DNA from: Octopus bimaculoides
Taxonomy: Eukaryota
Direction: 5' to 3'
NCBI RefSeq assembly: GCF_001194135.2
Contig: NC_068984.1
Location: 74,922,133-74,986,132, forward strand
DNA: 64,000 nt
Each line of letters opens with the position of its first letter. Positions within the stretch are counted from its first letter, which is position 1. The notes beneath the pieces were generated by a model. That model made no database searches. It was given only the letters and a program-made list of their open reading frames with translations, and was not told where the DNA came from. Made by a program: the position numbers and the translations under genes. Shown here piece after piece: positions 34,201 through 48,300 of the stretch.

Positions 34201-36818
34201 TATATCACTGCACGGTTGAGAAGAACCATTCTGATATGGGCCCACTAAACTGATGATAAACAATGGACAAATATAACTTCATCTGGTTGCATGAGAGTCG
34301 CTACACGTTTTTTGGTGCTGTTGTAGATGTTTTTCTTATATAATCAAAAAAGATGGAGAGAGGTTATCTTAAAGTTTTGCACGATGGATGATGATCGTTG
34401 AGTGCAAGATATAAAATTGAGTTTAAGGTGAATTTTCCATTGTAATTTGTCTGGTGAGATAAACATTTCAATTCTTTATAATTCGATTTGATTTTTTCGT
34501 TCCAGAACGACTGAAACAATTGAGAAAACTTCTGAAATAGCAGGAATATGTGAATGTCTATGTATACACAATCACACAAACCAGAAGGCCAAATCTTTTG
34601 CAATAGAGTGCCGACAAGCTGAAGTGTACGAAATTAAATAATTGACAAGTGAAACAAGTGAAATCCTAAATATATAATCGATAACATTAAATTTATTAAA
34701 AATTAGAATTTACCAGGAAGCAATAATCAATCAGAACTGATACCTGATATTCTTTTGTTAATTTCTAATCCTTTCATATAAACTGAAATAAACTAATGCG
34801 CCATTAATGAAAAGCAATACCTTTCTAGTTTGTTATGTTGGTTTGTTGTTCCAAAATTTTGATTATTTTCTATGTTCCAGAGTCATAAGTGACCATGTTC
34901 ATAGAGACGTTAAAGTAGAGGCCATAAAATTTGTAGATATTAGTCGTTTACATATTACCTGTAATTATACAGGATGTCTCATAATAATGGGACACATTTT
35001 AAATGAAAGTAACTGGGACAAGAACAATCACAGGCGAGTGCACAATGATCTTGTGTATTACAAAGTGTGTGCAGGCATGATGTGTGGTAAGAAGTTTGCT
35101 TCGAAACCACATAGTTCTAGGTTCAGTCCCACTGCGTGGCACCTTGGGCAAGTATTTTCTACTATAGCTTTGGTCCGACCAAAGTCTTGTGAGTGGATTT
35201 GGTAAACAGAAACTCTGTGCATGCACATGTATTTGTCCCCCACCACTGCTTAACAACAGGTGTTCGTGTGTTTATGTCCTGTAACTTAGCGGTTCAGCAA
35301 AAAACTGACAATAAATACCAAGCTTTACAAAGAAATAAATACTGGTGTTGATTCATTTGACATAAATTCTTCAAGGTGGTGCCCCCGATTATCATTACCA
35401 GAATCCTGTATTGACACTTGTTTCATTTAAATCTAGTTTTTAAAATCATAGCTCTAAGTTTTACATTTCAAAGCAGCTTTTGAGCATTAGGCCCCATGGA
35501 GGCAATGTGGCCGATGTTGATGTCGCGTGACTAGCACCCGTGCCCATGACATATAAAAAGCACCTTTTGAGCGTTGAGCCTCACGGAGGCAATAATAAAT
35601 GACTGAAACCTTCGGCAACATGCCGTGCTTGAGTAGAAAACCCATCAAGCCAAGTGAAATCGTAGTCGTGGCAGATACTGGTTTCACGCAGCTGGTACCC
35701 ATACCGGTGGCACGTAAACACGCCCACTACACTGTCGGGGTGGTTGGCATTAGGAAGGGTATCCAGCTGTAGAAAACATACCAAATGAGACTGCAGTCTG
35801 GTGCAGCCCCTCAGTATGTCAGCCCTGGTCAAACCGTCCAGCCCATGCCAGCATGGACAACAGATGTTAAAAGATGATGATGACAGTGATATTTGATTGG
35901 TTGCTCAATAAAAATTCATTAGAGAATTTCTTCATTATTTTCCACAGAATTGTGAAATTTATTTTACATATTCCATACCATGAGTAAAAAAAAAACATGA
36001 GTGATAAAAAATATCCATGTTTTTGACATATTCTACAGAATATATGAAATAAGCCATATGCTTCAGGATATGGTAATGAACAGATAGAAATGTAATGGGT
36101 TTTGTAATGGATTTTTTGAGCCACCAATTATGTTTTGAGGTATAATGTTCTGTGAAAATATGCATGGTCATTGTGCTGTTCATGTTTAAAAGACTAGGGA
36201 AAATACTGTCTTGTCTGGAAATATGAGTCTGTGACAGGAAAGACATTCAGCTCTGGAAAATCTGCTAAACGAATTTCGTGCATTCATGGAAAAGTGGATG
36301 TTAAAACCATTTGTGGTGATGAGGAAGATGGTGATACGTATGTGTGGTTAAGATGATCTCTTTGTAACCAAATAATTTCACGATCAGTGTCACTGCACAA
36401 TACATTAGGCAAATGTCTTCTAATAGAGCACCATGCCAATCAATGGCTTGTAAATGAATTTCATAGACAGAAACTGTAAGGAAGCCCATCAGATATATAT
36501 ATATATATATATATATANNNNNNNNNNNNNNNNNNNNNNNNNNNNNNNNNNNNNNNNNNNNNNNNNNNNNNNNNNNNNNNNNNNNNNNNNNNNNTGTGTG
36601 TGTGTGTGTGTGTGTCTTGTGTTCACGTATTGACAACTGGCGTTGGTTTGTTTCTGTTCCCATAACTGCTTCAGCAAAAAAAATAAATAAACAGACTTGA
36701 AATATGTATAGACATGAATTTGATCAACTAAACCCTTGAAGGAAGTGCCCCAGCATGGCCACAATCCTATGACTGAAACCAGTAATATATATGTACACTT
36801 GAAACACACACAAACATG

Positions 36819-36850
<32 letters not shown>

Positions 36851-36856
36851 CATTTA

Positions 36857-37050
36857 TAGGATGGCCAAAAGTCACGCACCAAAACATTTGACATTTTATT
36901 TATATTAAGTCTTTATTATTATTCATTTTCTTCATCATATACAAGTACATGTGTATTTATCATTATTTAATTTTAGGAAAATTGCAGCATGTCTTTGACA
37001 ATTCCTGAACATACTGAACTTATTTTGTACTTGACTTTTGACCCACCCTG
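36857..37050. mobile_element. Tc1/mariner-type MITE remnant
   Basis: Imperfect TIRs (t/c)aggatggccaaaagtca and tgacttttgacccaccctg near TA dinucleotides. Confidence 0.5.
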
Positions 37051-38413
37051 TGTACATCACAGAAAATTAAGTTTTAACAATTAACATAAACATTAAAACA
37101 AATCTTTTCCTCATAAAGATAATTTAGTAATTAAATACCAATACTACTTTTTGCTGTTAACTATAATAAATGAAGATAAAAAATGCATTTGGTAAATTTT
37201 TTCTTTAAATTTATTACATATTATTATATAATCTTACATTGGCACAAGACCACAGTTTTGTTAAGGAGGGTGTATCATTGACTGAAATGGTCCCAGTTTA
37301 AGACTGGTACCTATTTTATAGACCCTGGAGGAATGAAAAACAAAGTTAGTTTTGGCAGGATTAGAACTCAGAGTGTAAGAGAGACAAAACTAAATACTGC
37401 CTGGCATTTAGTCCAAGACTACCATTTCTGTCACTCCATCATTTGCAACATTATCTGGCTCTATTTAAAATTAGTCAATGTGTAAGTAAAAATATTACAT
37501 TTTGTCATTGAATTATCAGCATGCAGCCTAATATTAGAGTCTTGAATAAATGAAAAGCAGCTTTTTTTGTGACCCCTACATCAGTCCCTTGTCTTCCTGC
37601 TACTGCCCCTTGCCTTCTTCCCCCAAGTTCTTAACACTCCAACATTCATGGTTAGTACAGCTGGTCATTGTCGTATTCATTATCAGGCTAGGAAATTTCT
37701 TGTTGTTAATTTAACTACCACAGTCAATCCATCATTACACTCTCAAAGCATTGTGGGTAGTCATGCTTCTTATGCCGCCCATAAGAAGCATGACTGCCCA
37801 CATTTATTCTATTATCATTATGTCGAATTAACCACAAGGGCCATTCTAGCTTTCCTCATCTTTATAATAATCATCAGTCTGTGTTTTCTTTCTCTCGTTC
37901 TGACTCGTATGATGAGATTAGTTCATTATTGTCATTCTGATGACTATGGTCAATCTAGTCAGTCATACCAATTTCCATAATTCTATATGACATGACATTG
38001 CTATTATATTGTTACTTTAGGTCAGCTTATATTGTCATCTTTCTTCTTATATCACCTATATTGCTTTTATTCTGTTCTCTTATAGTCAGTTCATCTTCTT
38101 GCTGTCACTATTCAGTCTCTTTGCATTTGGCCAGATTAAAATGTGACCAAATCTCACTCTCTTTTGGACAATCATAGTGTGTGATTTGTCATCTAGATCC
38201 TTCTGTTTTGATCTGTCAAAATTTGCAGCAATATTCAAGCCTTTTTTAATTTCATAGGTTCAAATATTGCAATATTATTCAGATTCTTTAATTCCATAAG
38301 GTCAAATACTTTCAATCCTATTCCGAACACTTTCACTTCTATTGAATCAAAGTTTGAAACTGTATTCAGTTTCTTCTTTTCTGACCAGCCCAACCAGCCA
38401 CTGTAGCTGTTGG

Positions 38414-38596
38414 TCAGCTCCTACCAGCCACTCTAGCTGCTTGACTCTGCATCAGTTTTTGGAGTTTAGCAAGATTATCTTTGGTCATGGCATCATTTGG
38501 TTTCAGTCGTAAAGCCTCCTTGTAGCTCTTTTCCGCTTCTTCTAATTTACCATTGAGATGTAAGATGGCACCAAGGTTCATGTGAGCTGTGGCAAC
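38414..38596 (-). CDS. TMTC2: TMTC2-like terminal coding exon (183 nt including TGA)
   Basis: VATAHMNLGAILHLNGKLEEAEKSYKEALRLKPNDAMTKDNLAKLQKLMQSQAARVAGRS*. Confidence 0.92.
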   Translation of the reverse strand, partial: VATAHMNLGAILHLNGKLEEAEKSYKEALRLKPNDAMTKDNLAKLQKLMQSQAARVAGRS

Positions 38597-41500
38597 CTGT
38601 AGAAAAGAAGAAAAATTAATTTTTATTGCAGCCAATTCAATGTCAGAGTAAACAGTATGGTGCTAAAATAGGTAGAGGCAGAATGCATCTATTTGACAAA
38701 TCATCATCACCATCATCATTTAACGTCCACCTTCTATGCTGGCATGAGTTGGGCAGTTTGACAGGAGCTGACCCAGCAGAAGACCCACACCATGCTTCTG
38801 TATCTGTTTTGGCATAGTTTTTATGGTTGGATGCCCTTCCTAACACCAACCGCTCTGCAGAGTGAACTGAATGCTTCTTACATGGCACCAGCACAGACAA
38901 GATACGTTTTGGCATGGTTTTTACAGCTGGACACCCTTCCAAATGCCAACCACTTCACAGAGTGGATGCTTTTTGAAAAATCATCTAGATGACTAAGATA
39001 GCCTCTACAAAGTCACTCAAGCTCCCAAATGTAGCTGGTAGCTCAACTATCTTTAGAAACAAAAAGCAGGACAACATAATGGATAGTGTACCATGTGCCT
39101 GAATAAGAATTGTAAGTCACAGCTGGAGTACCTTCGATCATGGGTTGACTTAATCCATTAGCATTTGAAGTGACGATCCAGCCAAGATAATCTATCACTT
39201 TTATATTCAAATCGGCCATATCCAGCCTCTCAAACCTACCCTACAATGCTATTTTAAAAATAAACAATCACAGCCTTGAAATTCAAAGCTATGAGATAAT
39301 ATATGATTAATTCAAAATAATGTCAGTAAATATGCATTACATTAGACAAACTAATCTGAAATGCTACAGGTGAAGCCATCCTTAGTGGAATTTGAACTCA
39401 GAACATTAAGACAAAATGCCACTAAGCATTTTGCTTGGAGTGCTAATGATTCTGCCAGCTTGTCACCTTAACAACAACAATAATAATGCTTTCTGATTTT
39501 GGCAAAATGCCAGTAATTTTAAGGGGAGTGGTTAAATCGACCCCAGTACTTGACTGATGCTGTATTTTATCAACCTTGAAAAGATGAAAGACAAAATTTA
39601 CCTCGGTACTATTTGAACTCAAAACATAAAGAATCAGAAGAAATGCTGTTAAGCCTTTTATGTGATTCTTTAATGATTTTGCCACCTCACTGCCCTTTTA
39701 TCCCATGCAGTAATTATGGACACAGTATATAATATAGCCTTAGGTTCTCTGAATATAGGAGGGTTACAGCCAGAATGTTTTTGATCAAAGGTCTGCTTGA
39801 TTTGATCAGGGTTGAGCTGGGAAACAGAACCGAGCTGGTACTCAACAACAATGTTCATCCCCAAATTCCCAAATGAAAGGAGGACTAAACAGTTCCTTAC
39901 CTGAGGATTCAGTTGTGCAGCCCTTTGGTAAAAATCTTCAGCTTCAGTGTAGTTACCAGATTGTCTGGAAAGGAAAGACATCGATATTTAAGATGTATGA
40001 TTTAGGCTGCTAATCTCATATTATGAACGAAAAACATGGATGTGTGGTTAAGAAAATTGCTTTGAAACTAGGTGATTTTGGGTTCAGTCCATTGCATGTC
40101 ACTTTGAGCAAGTATTTTGTAGTATTGCACAGGGCTGTAGTTTGGTTTGTGAATGAATTTGGTAGACATAAACTGGAGGAGATGCATCATACATATATAT
40201 ATATATATCTCATGTGATCACATGACCTACAAAACTATCAGATGCTGTTACACACTGCTAGTCACAAGGCACTTTGCATTGTTTTAGCCTTTTAATAATG
40301 CCACCGAGCTGGCTAGGTGAGCAGGCCAACATTCCCCACTTGATCGAAAGGGGGACTGGAGCAATGTGAAATGAAGTGTTATGCTCAAGAGCGATATGTA
40401 TGTGTGTGTGTGTGTGTGTGTGCACAGGTATCTGAAAATGTAAGTCTCGGCTCTTTGTCATTGCCTAAGAGGAACAGAGATAACATTTACATTCATTGTG
40501 CTATCAAAGACTGTGGAATAAAAAAAAGGTAAGAATTGGCAACAGGAAGAGCTTCCAGTATCTAACAAGCACTATTCTTAGTCATGCTAGCAAGGGAAAA
40601 TGGACATCAAACCAAGGAATGAATATATTTGTTTACTTTGGATTGTGTTTTGGGGGCATTGAAGAATTTGAAATATCTTGAAGAAGTTGCTCAGTTGCAA
40701 TTATAACTCTGTGCGTGTGTGTGTGTGTGTGTGCACGCGAGAGAGAGAGAGAGAGAGAGAGAGTGAGAGAGAGAGTGAGAGAGAGAGAGAGTCTGTGGGG
40801 CAGATGCCAAAAATGATATATACATGTATGTATTTGTGTACACACATACACACACATACATCATCAGCATCATTATCACCATCGTTTGATGTTCGCCTTC
40901 CATGCTAGCATGGGTGGGACACACACACATATAATACGGATCAAATGCACACACACACACACATAGAGTATTTACTGACAGTAAGCCACAGCATATGTAG
41001 ATCCAACCAGAGCCCCAAGACCCATGAAGTCCCAGGCAAATCACTGCATTGGACCCTATATATTCTCTTCATTGACAGCAAGCCAACCCATATAGAGATC
41101 AGATTTGGGCCCCTAGACTTGCGAAGCTTCTAGGCAACTGCCCAGTGCGTCTATACCTTAAGATGGCACTGCATATTCTAAAAGAAAAAGGGAAGATATC
41201 AGTTAATTGGTATTACGTTAAGATACCACCAAAAGAGTTATCTAACTTTGATCCATGAAATCATGTTAATCCACTTACCTCAAAGCATTGGCTGTGTTAA
41301 AGACAAGTTCAAAGTCATCACTATTCGTTTCAAGCACCTGTTTGTAGACAAGAACTGAGTCAGCATGCCGGCCAGATTCACCCAGGAACTGAGCTGAAAG
41401 ACAAAAGGAATTACACCCTTAGTGTAAAATGACAAAGCAAAACATAATAATAATCCTTTCTACTAAAGGCAGGCACAAGGCCTGAAATTTGGGGGAGGGG

Positions 41501-41761
41501 ACTAGTCGATTACATCGACCCCAGTGTTTCACTGATACTTAATTTATTGACCCTGAAAGGATGAAAGGCAAAGTTGACCTCAGTGGAATTTGAACTCAGA
41601 ACGTAGCAATAGGCAAGATACTGCTAAACATTTTGTCTAGTGCGCTAACGATTCTGTCAGCTCGTTGCCTTATAACGATTTCAAATTTTGCCACAAGGGC
41701 AGCAATTTGGAGAAAGGGGATGAGTCGATTCACTGCTCTGAATAATATTTAATTCTTAAAA

Positions 41762-41809
<48 letters not shown>

Positions 41810-44457
41810 CAGCAGCAGCAGAATAATTCAACGAATATTTACCGTAATGCTGGTGAGCAGTTTTGTACGTGGAATCAAGAGCCATTGCTTTTAAGTACCA
41901 TTTTTCAGCTTTATCTAGTTGGTTCTGTTTGGAATAGAATTGAAAATATATAGAACAGGGTAAAGAAAATGAACAAAGCAACAATAATAATAATAATAAT
42001 AGTTTCTGATGTAAAAACAAGGCCAGTAATCTTGAGAGGTGAGGGTTTAGTCGATATCATCAACTCCAGTACTTGACTGGTACTTTATATCATCAGTCCA
42101 AGAGGGAGGAAAGTCAAATTTGACCTCAATAAGATTTGAACCTAGAATGTAAAGAATTGGAGCAAATATGAAGTGGCATTTTTCTGCCTCTCTCATGATT
42201 CTGATAATCCACTAACACAAGGACTGAAATTTAGAAGGAAGTTGGGTTAGTTGATTAAATCAACTTTATTACATGACTAATATTTTATCTGATCGAGCTC
42301 GAATGGACAACAGGCAATGTTTACCTAAGCAAGATTTGGACTCAGAATACAAAGAGCTCTGCCAAAATACCAGATGGTATTTTGTCCAATTCTCTAATGG
42401 TTTAGTCAATCATCATCATTTTGACATCTACTTTTCCATGCTTGCATGGATGAAACAGAGTTTGCTGAAGCAGATCTACATTTGAATAATGCTGTTCCTG
42501 TTGCCAACCTTTACTTGTTCCTCTGCAAAGTAATATTTCTCCATGGCCAGACAGGTTTCCACAGAATATTGGAAGTAAATGACGTTCATTAACTACAATC
42601 ATGCGAGGTCACGATAAGGAGACACAAACACTCACACTCACATATTTATACATACATATACATTACACACACGTGAAGGTGCATGGCTTAGTGGTTAGAG
42701 CATTGGGCTCACAATTATGAAGCAGTGACTTCAATTCCTGGAATGGGCTATGTTTTATGTTCTTGAGCAAGACACTTTATTTCATCTGGCTCCAGTTCAC
42801 CCAGCTGTAGAAATTAGTTACTACATCACAGGTGCCAAGTTGTATTGGCCTTTGCCTTTCCTTACTTGGCCTGGGGCAGCAGTAGAAGAGATTTACTCAA
42901 GGTGCCATGCAGTAGGACAGAATCAAAGACCACACAGTAGGGAAGCAAGTTTTCCAATCACACATCCACAACTACATCTATGCAGCCACCAATAATAATA
43001 GTGATGTTGTTTCTCATATAGGCATATGCATCAATCAAAAAGAGAAGAAAAAAGTCATAAAATAGATTCCCAGCAAAACAATGAAAGACAGAAGGTAATA
43101 GATTAAAAGAAAAAACAAAACCAGTTTATACTTACTCTTCTGGACAGCAGTTTAGCCATTGTGATGTGAGCTGGTAAATGGTCAGGCTTCACACGCAATG
43201 CTTCCTGGTACCAGAATTCTGCTTTGGCCTCATCATCAGATTTCATGTAAGCTTCACCTAACATATTGTAAATACTTTGCAATCCATAATAACTGGGTGC
43301 TCTTTGAATAGCTTTATTATAGGTCTCAATAGCCAACTGATATTTCTGTTCGTCTGCATACATTCTGCCAAGGTTATAGAGAGCAGAGATCTTGGTACTT
43401 TCATGAAGTCGAGGGTCTCGCAAACCGGTAATATCTACATTTGAACAGTTCAAATAGCTCTGAAAAATACCATGAATAACAGATTTATGAATAAACGTTA
43501 ACAACAACAATAGCAGCAAAAACAACAATAAAATAAAAGATAGGTGCTCTCTTTACACTGAACAGTCCCATCTCTAATACTATCTGTTAATGAGGCAGCT
43601 TCCTAGAAATAGCAGGCAATTTTCCCTTAAATCAAATCTCACCATCTCAGAAAAAGATACACTGGATGATGTAGTAGGTTCCTTGTACATATGAAAAAAA
43701 ATGGGACAGTCAATGCTGGAACACTTTTGATTCATAGGTCAACTGCAGGGCTAACCTGGGGCTAAATATCATCACTGTCATTACTACAACACCTACCACT
43801 ATCAGCAAAATCATCCTTAATATCACAACCTTCACTTCAATCATTACTACCACCAAAGCTTTCACTGCAATTATTATAACTACAACCACTACTTTTTAAT
43901 TATACACCTATTACAGCTCAGTAATCCTAAACAATATCATAACATCTTCTCTACCAAAATCTTCACATGGATTCCTATTCAGTTATTTTAAATCATGATT
44001 AATATTTTACACTGAAGTATGGTGGCGAGATGGCAGGATCATTAACACTCTGGACAAAATGTGAGGCATTTTGTCTATCTTTACAATCTGAGTTCAAATT
44101 CCACAGGGGTCTACTTTGCTTTTCACCTTATCAGGTTCAATAAAATAAGTACCAGTTATGTACTGGGGTAGATGTAATCAACTAGTCTCTTCTCCTAAAA
44201 CTTCAGACCTTATGCCAACAACAGAAAGGAATATTTTATACTGAATGCATGAGAATTATTTTTATTTGATAAATTATTTATCAAACTGTTATTAAATTTT
44301 GTCAGTTGTATCTAAGTCAAATATTCCTTTTTGTATAACTCCCACTATTATTGGGAGATGTATGACTTGAAAGTTAAGATGTTGTTCCCTCAGTCATAAG
44401 GCTGTGGGTTCTATTCCTGTTCCAGGCTGCGTGCTGTGTCCTTAAGCATTTCAGATA

Positions 44458-44532
<75 letters not shown>

Positions 44533-45290
44533 GGGATACAGACAGGCAGACAGAGACAGACAGACACCTTAATAACATTAATATATAGGGAACAACACCT
44601 TAACCTTTAAGCCATACATCTCACAATAATAGTGGGAGTTAAACAGAAAGGAATATTTGACTTAAATACAACTGACAAGATTTAATAACAATTTAATAAA
44701 TAATTTATCAAGTATATATAAATATATGTATGTATGTGTCAGTAATTTTTGGGCGACCAATAGGTATATGTCAATTAGTGTGTTGAGTAAAGCACATTCA
44801 CAATTTGGACTACCATGGTTAGGGGACTAGTGAATGGTACAGCAGGCAAACAACATGACTGTGAGAACTCAGTATATTCAATGGGACACCATTTTATGCA
44901 TGCATGTACCTTATGTGACCCAGACTGCACTGCACTGATTGATGCAATACAATTGGATGCGCAACATCCCACCCATAAAGGACAGTCACAGGAGGGGGTC
45001 AACATGATCATCATACTCAATAAAGACTAATGCTAAATCCATCTTCTGCTCACCATTCTGCTTAAATAATGGAACTGCAGATACAATATTCATACATATC
45101 TCACGTCTGTTTTCATTCCTCCACTTCACTCTGTATTTCATATCTTCTTTATAATAACTATTACTTAAACATTTTCTCACACCATCTCTGATGAAAGGAT
45201 ATATAAAATATCACGGAAACAGCCTGTAAGACCTCTTTATAAATGTTCTGAAAACTTTCACAACCTTGGATTTTTTATCCCATTCTGTTA

Positions 45291-45332
<42 letters not shown>

Positions 45333-48300
45333 CACCCACTACATTCTCGGAGTGGTTGGTGTTAGGAAGGGCATCCAGCTGTAGAAACTCTGCCAAATCA
45401 GATTGGAGCCTGGTGTAGCCATCTGGTTCACCAGTCCTCAGTCAAATCGTCCAACCCATGCTAGCATGGAAAGCGGACGTTAAACAATGATGATGATATG
45501 ACATATGACCAATGGGTTTCTTTCAGTTTCCATCTACCAAATCCACTCACAAGGCTTTGGTCAGCATAAGACTATAGTAGAAGACACTTGCCCAAGGTGC
45601 CACGCAGTGGGATTGAACCAGGAAGCAAACTTCTTGCTACACTTGTTTAGCTCGTTTTTATTATCCATTTGGTGGAGAGACACCCTCATTATAATTGTTT
45701 TGTTTTGTTTTTAAACTCCACTAGATATTTTAAGCACAATTAGTCATTTAGATAATGATTATTCTTACTAGAAACAATGTAACTTTCATTAATTCAGTAC
45801 AGTAAAATTGCTAGCACTCACCTATTTTACTATCTAACTTCCATGTTGTTACATGTTTCTTCCATAGTCCTTTATGTGTTCACCTAAGAAAATCTTACAA
45901 TCATCTACTCACACCAGGATTTTGGTACTCACAGATCAGGTCTAGTACAACCAAAAGATGTCCAAAGTTGTCATTGGATTGCTAATAATTAAACTCCATC
46001 TCCTCTGCATTTTATATTTGATATGTTTTGATTCATATATTTTAATTAATTATAATTTCACGCTTCTGCCCCCACACATTTCTTCTACCAAAATGAGTCA
46101 GAATTTCTCTCATTGCTGTGGGTACCTTGCTACTAAATCAAGTACTAACGCTTGCTTCATAGAAAAAAACATACAAACAGACGATTATCTACGTTGCCAA
46201 TGAGAATAGTCTGCGTCTCAAATTATATCTATCTTTTCTACAGGATAAAAATTTTTTTAAATGAAAAGTTTAATAAAATTCACGAATTACAAATTCCAGC
46301 CTTGAAATGTCCGCCATTTCACCCCAGCTTAGTCGACACCAATTACTACGGGAAATAACTCTGAATGTAGCTAACGTAAGAGTTATTTCCCTTAGACCAT
46401 AAACTATTTTCCTTAGCCTGTAATAAAATTTCCTCTGATCTTATAATGCAAGTATATAGATGGCAAGATATCTAAGTAATTTGTCTATGGATTAAATAAT
46501 TAACATTTTATTGAAATTCGTAACTCCGAAGGTAGAAGACAGAAAGTTATAGGGTGCATATATTCGAAAAAGACAGGATTATATACACAAACTGAACAAA
46601 GGATTATCAATTAGTGTATATGGCAGAAAATACTTTCAAATGGTAATATATAGGATTAAAGTCATTATTTTCATTTCTATTTGATAGGTATTCGTTCTGT
46701 TTAGTTAACGGGATTACTTCAGGTATTCCATTGATTATTTGGGCTTGGAGTTGGAGAAGTAATTGCCGTTAATTAAATTTTAAAAACTGCGAAGATTGGA
46801 TGAGAAATTTAAAAATCTCTTTTCTCCAAAATAATGCTTAATACAATTTATGTAACTATATTTTAAAATTAAGCTCATTTGAACTGAATAAATAACGTTT
46901 ATTAAAACATCCTTTGAACGAAATAAAACATTTACTAAAGCTTATTTTGAACAAAATTAATAAAAGACATTTATTATTAAAATTATAAACTGTATTTATA
47001 AGCGATTTTTGTTACGTTGAGCTTTCTTATCTAATAATTGAGTTAATATTATTTACAAGAAAGCTCGATTAAAGACAAATTTCTAAATTTCTTGGATGAC
47101 CCTAACAAGTTTTGAAAAATAGTCTAATCGCAATTACCTCCCTTCTAACGCTTTTCACGATCTTCATATTAAGACAAATATCAAAAGAGTATATTAATGG
47201 TATTAGTCTTAAATCCCAGATAATGAAAAATAGATTATCTTAAGATAGGCCAAAGGCCACAGAGTTAAGAACGACTCGGTTGATTAAATTTATTCCAGTA
47301 TATGATTGGTACTTAAATTTAGCATCCTCGGGTAACCACGATGAGACTTTCTAATACGTCAGATTTCAAGGCCAAAACATTCTGACAAGTCAGTAGTCGA
47401 TTATACCTACTCCAGTACTTAACTGGTATTTTATTTTACCGAACCAGGACGGATGAAAGGAAAAGCTGACATCAACAGCATTTTAACTTCGAACGTAAAT
47501 ATCTGAAACTGGATGCCATGCGGTATTTTGTCGGATGAGCTATCAATTTTACAAATCCATCGCTCACATTTATTCATTTATTTTTTTCCCCCTCAAATTT
47601 TCAACATAAAGACATTACGAAAAAGTATGGTTATTTAAAATGTCTCCGATAAAAGACTGCAAATCTTTCACTGACACTCGGAAGGTTCAAAAGTCAAAGC
47701 AGATTTAGAACTCAAAGAACGAAAAGGGACATAACTAAATATCACACTATATCAACAGGCTCATCGTAAATGCTGTTGAAATATTAAGTGAAGGTCGCCT
47801 TGAGTGATGTGATATGTTTTTGTCATGATTCAATCTAAAGTGTTGAAGGGGATTTTAACAGTTGAAGCAAATGTCACGGATGTGACAGATGTATCAAATT
47901 ATTCTGCTTGAAAGGGGATCATGTGACTAAAAGGTCACAGAGAGCACAATGCCATTACATGTCCAGCAGAATTATGTGTATTGATATTGGGAGTTATTTC
48001 CCAGATTTATTGTATTTATTGAAACCCATTTATTCATCCAAGTGAGAACAATTGATTTCTTGATTTCAAAGAGGAAATCTCATTTCTATCGTTTATTTTT
48101 TACGTTTTTTCAGTCATTGAACTGTGGCCATGGTGGGATTCCACCTTGAAGGGTTTAGACAAACAAATCATTGACCCCAGTACATTTTTTTTTTTAAAGC
48201 CTGGTTCCTATTTTGTTGGTCTCCTTTTTTCCAAACTCCTAAATTACAAGGATAGATGTGAACCAGTAACGGTTGTCAAGCAGGGGTGGGGGACAAGCAC

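Noticed and set aside
30023-38414. Functional link between TMTC2 (O-mannosyltransferase) and the neighbouring S/T-rich gene
   Set aside because: Known TMTC substrates are cadherin-family domains; adjacency in a eukaryote is not evidence of a shared pathway.
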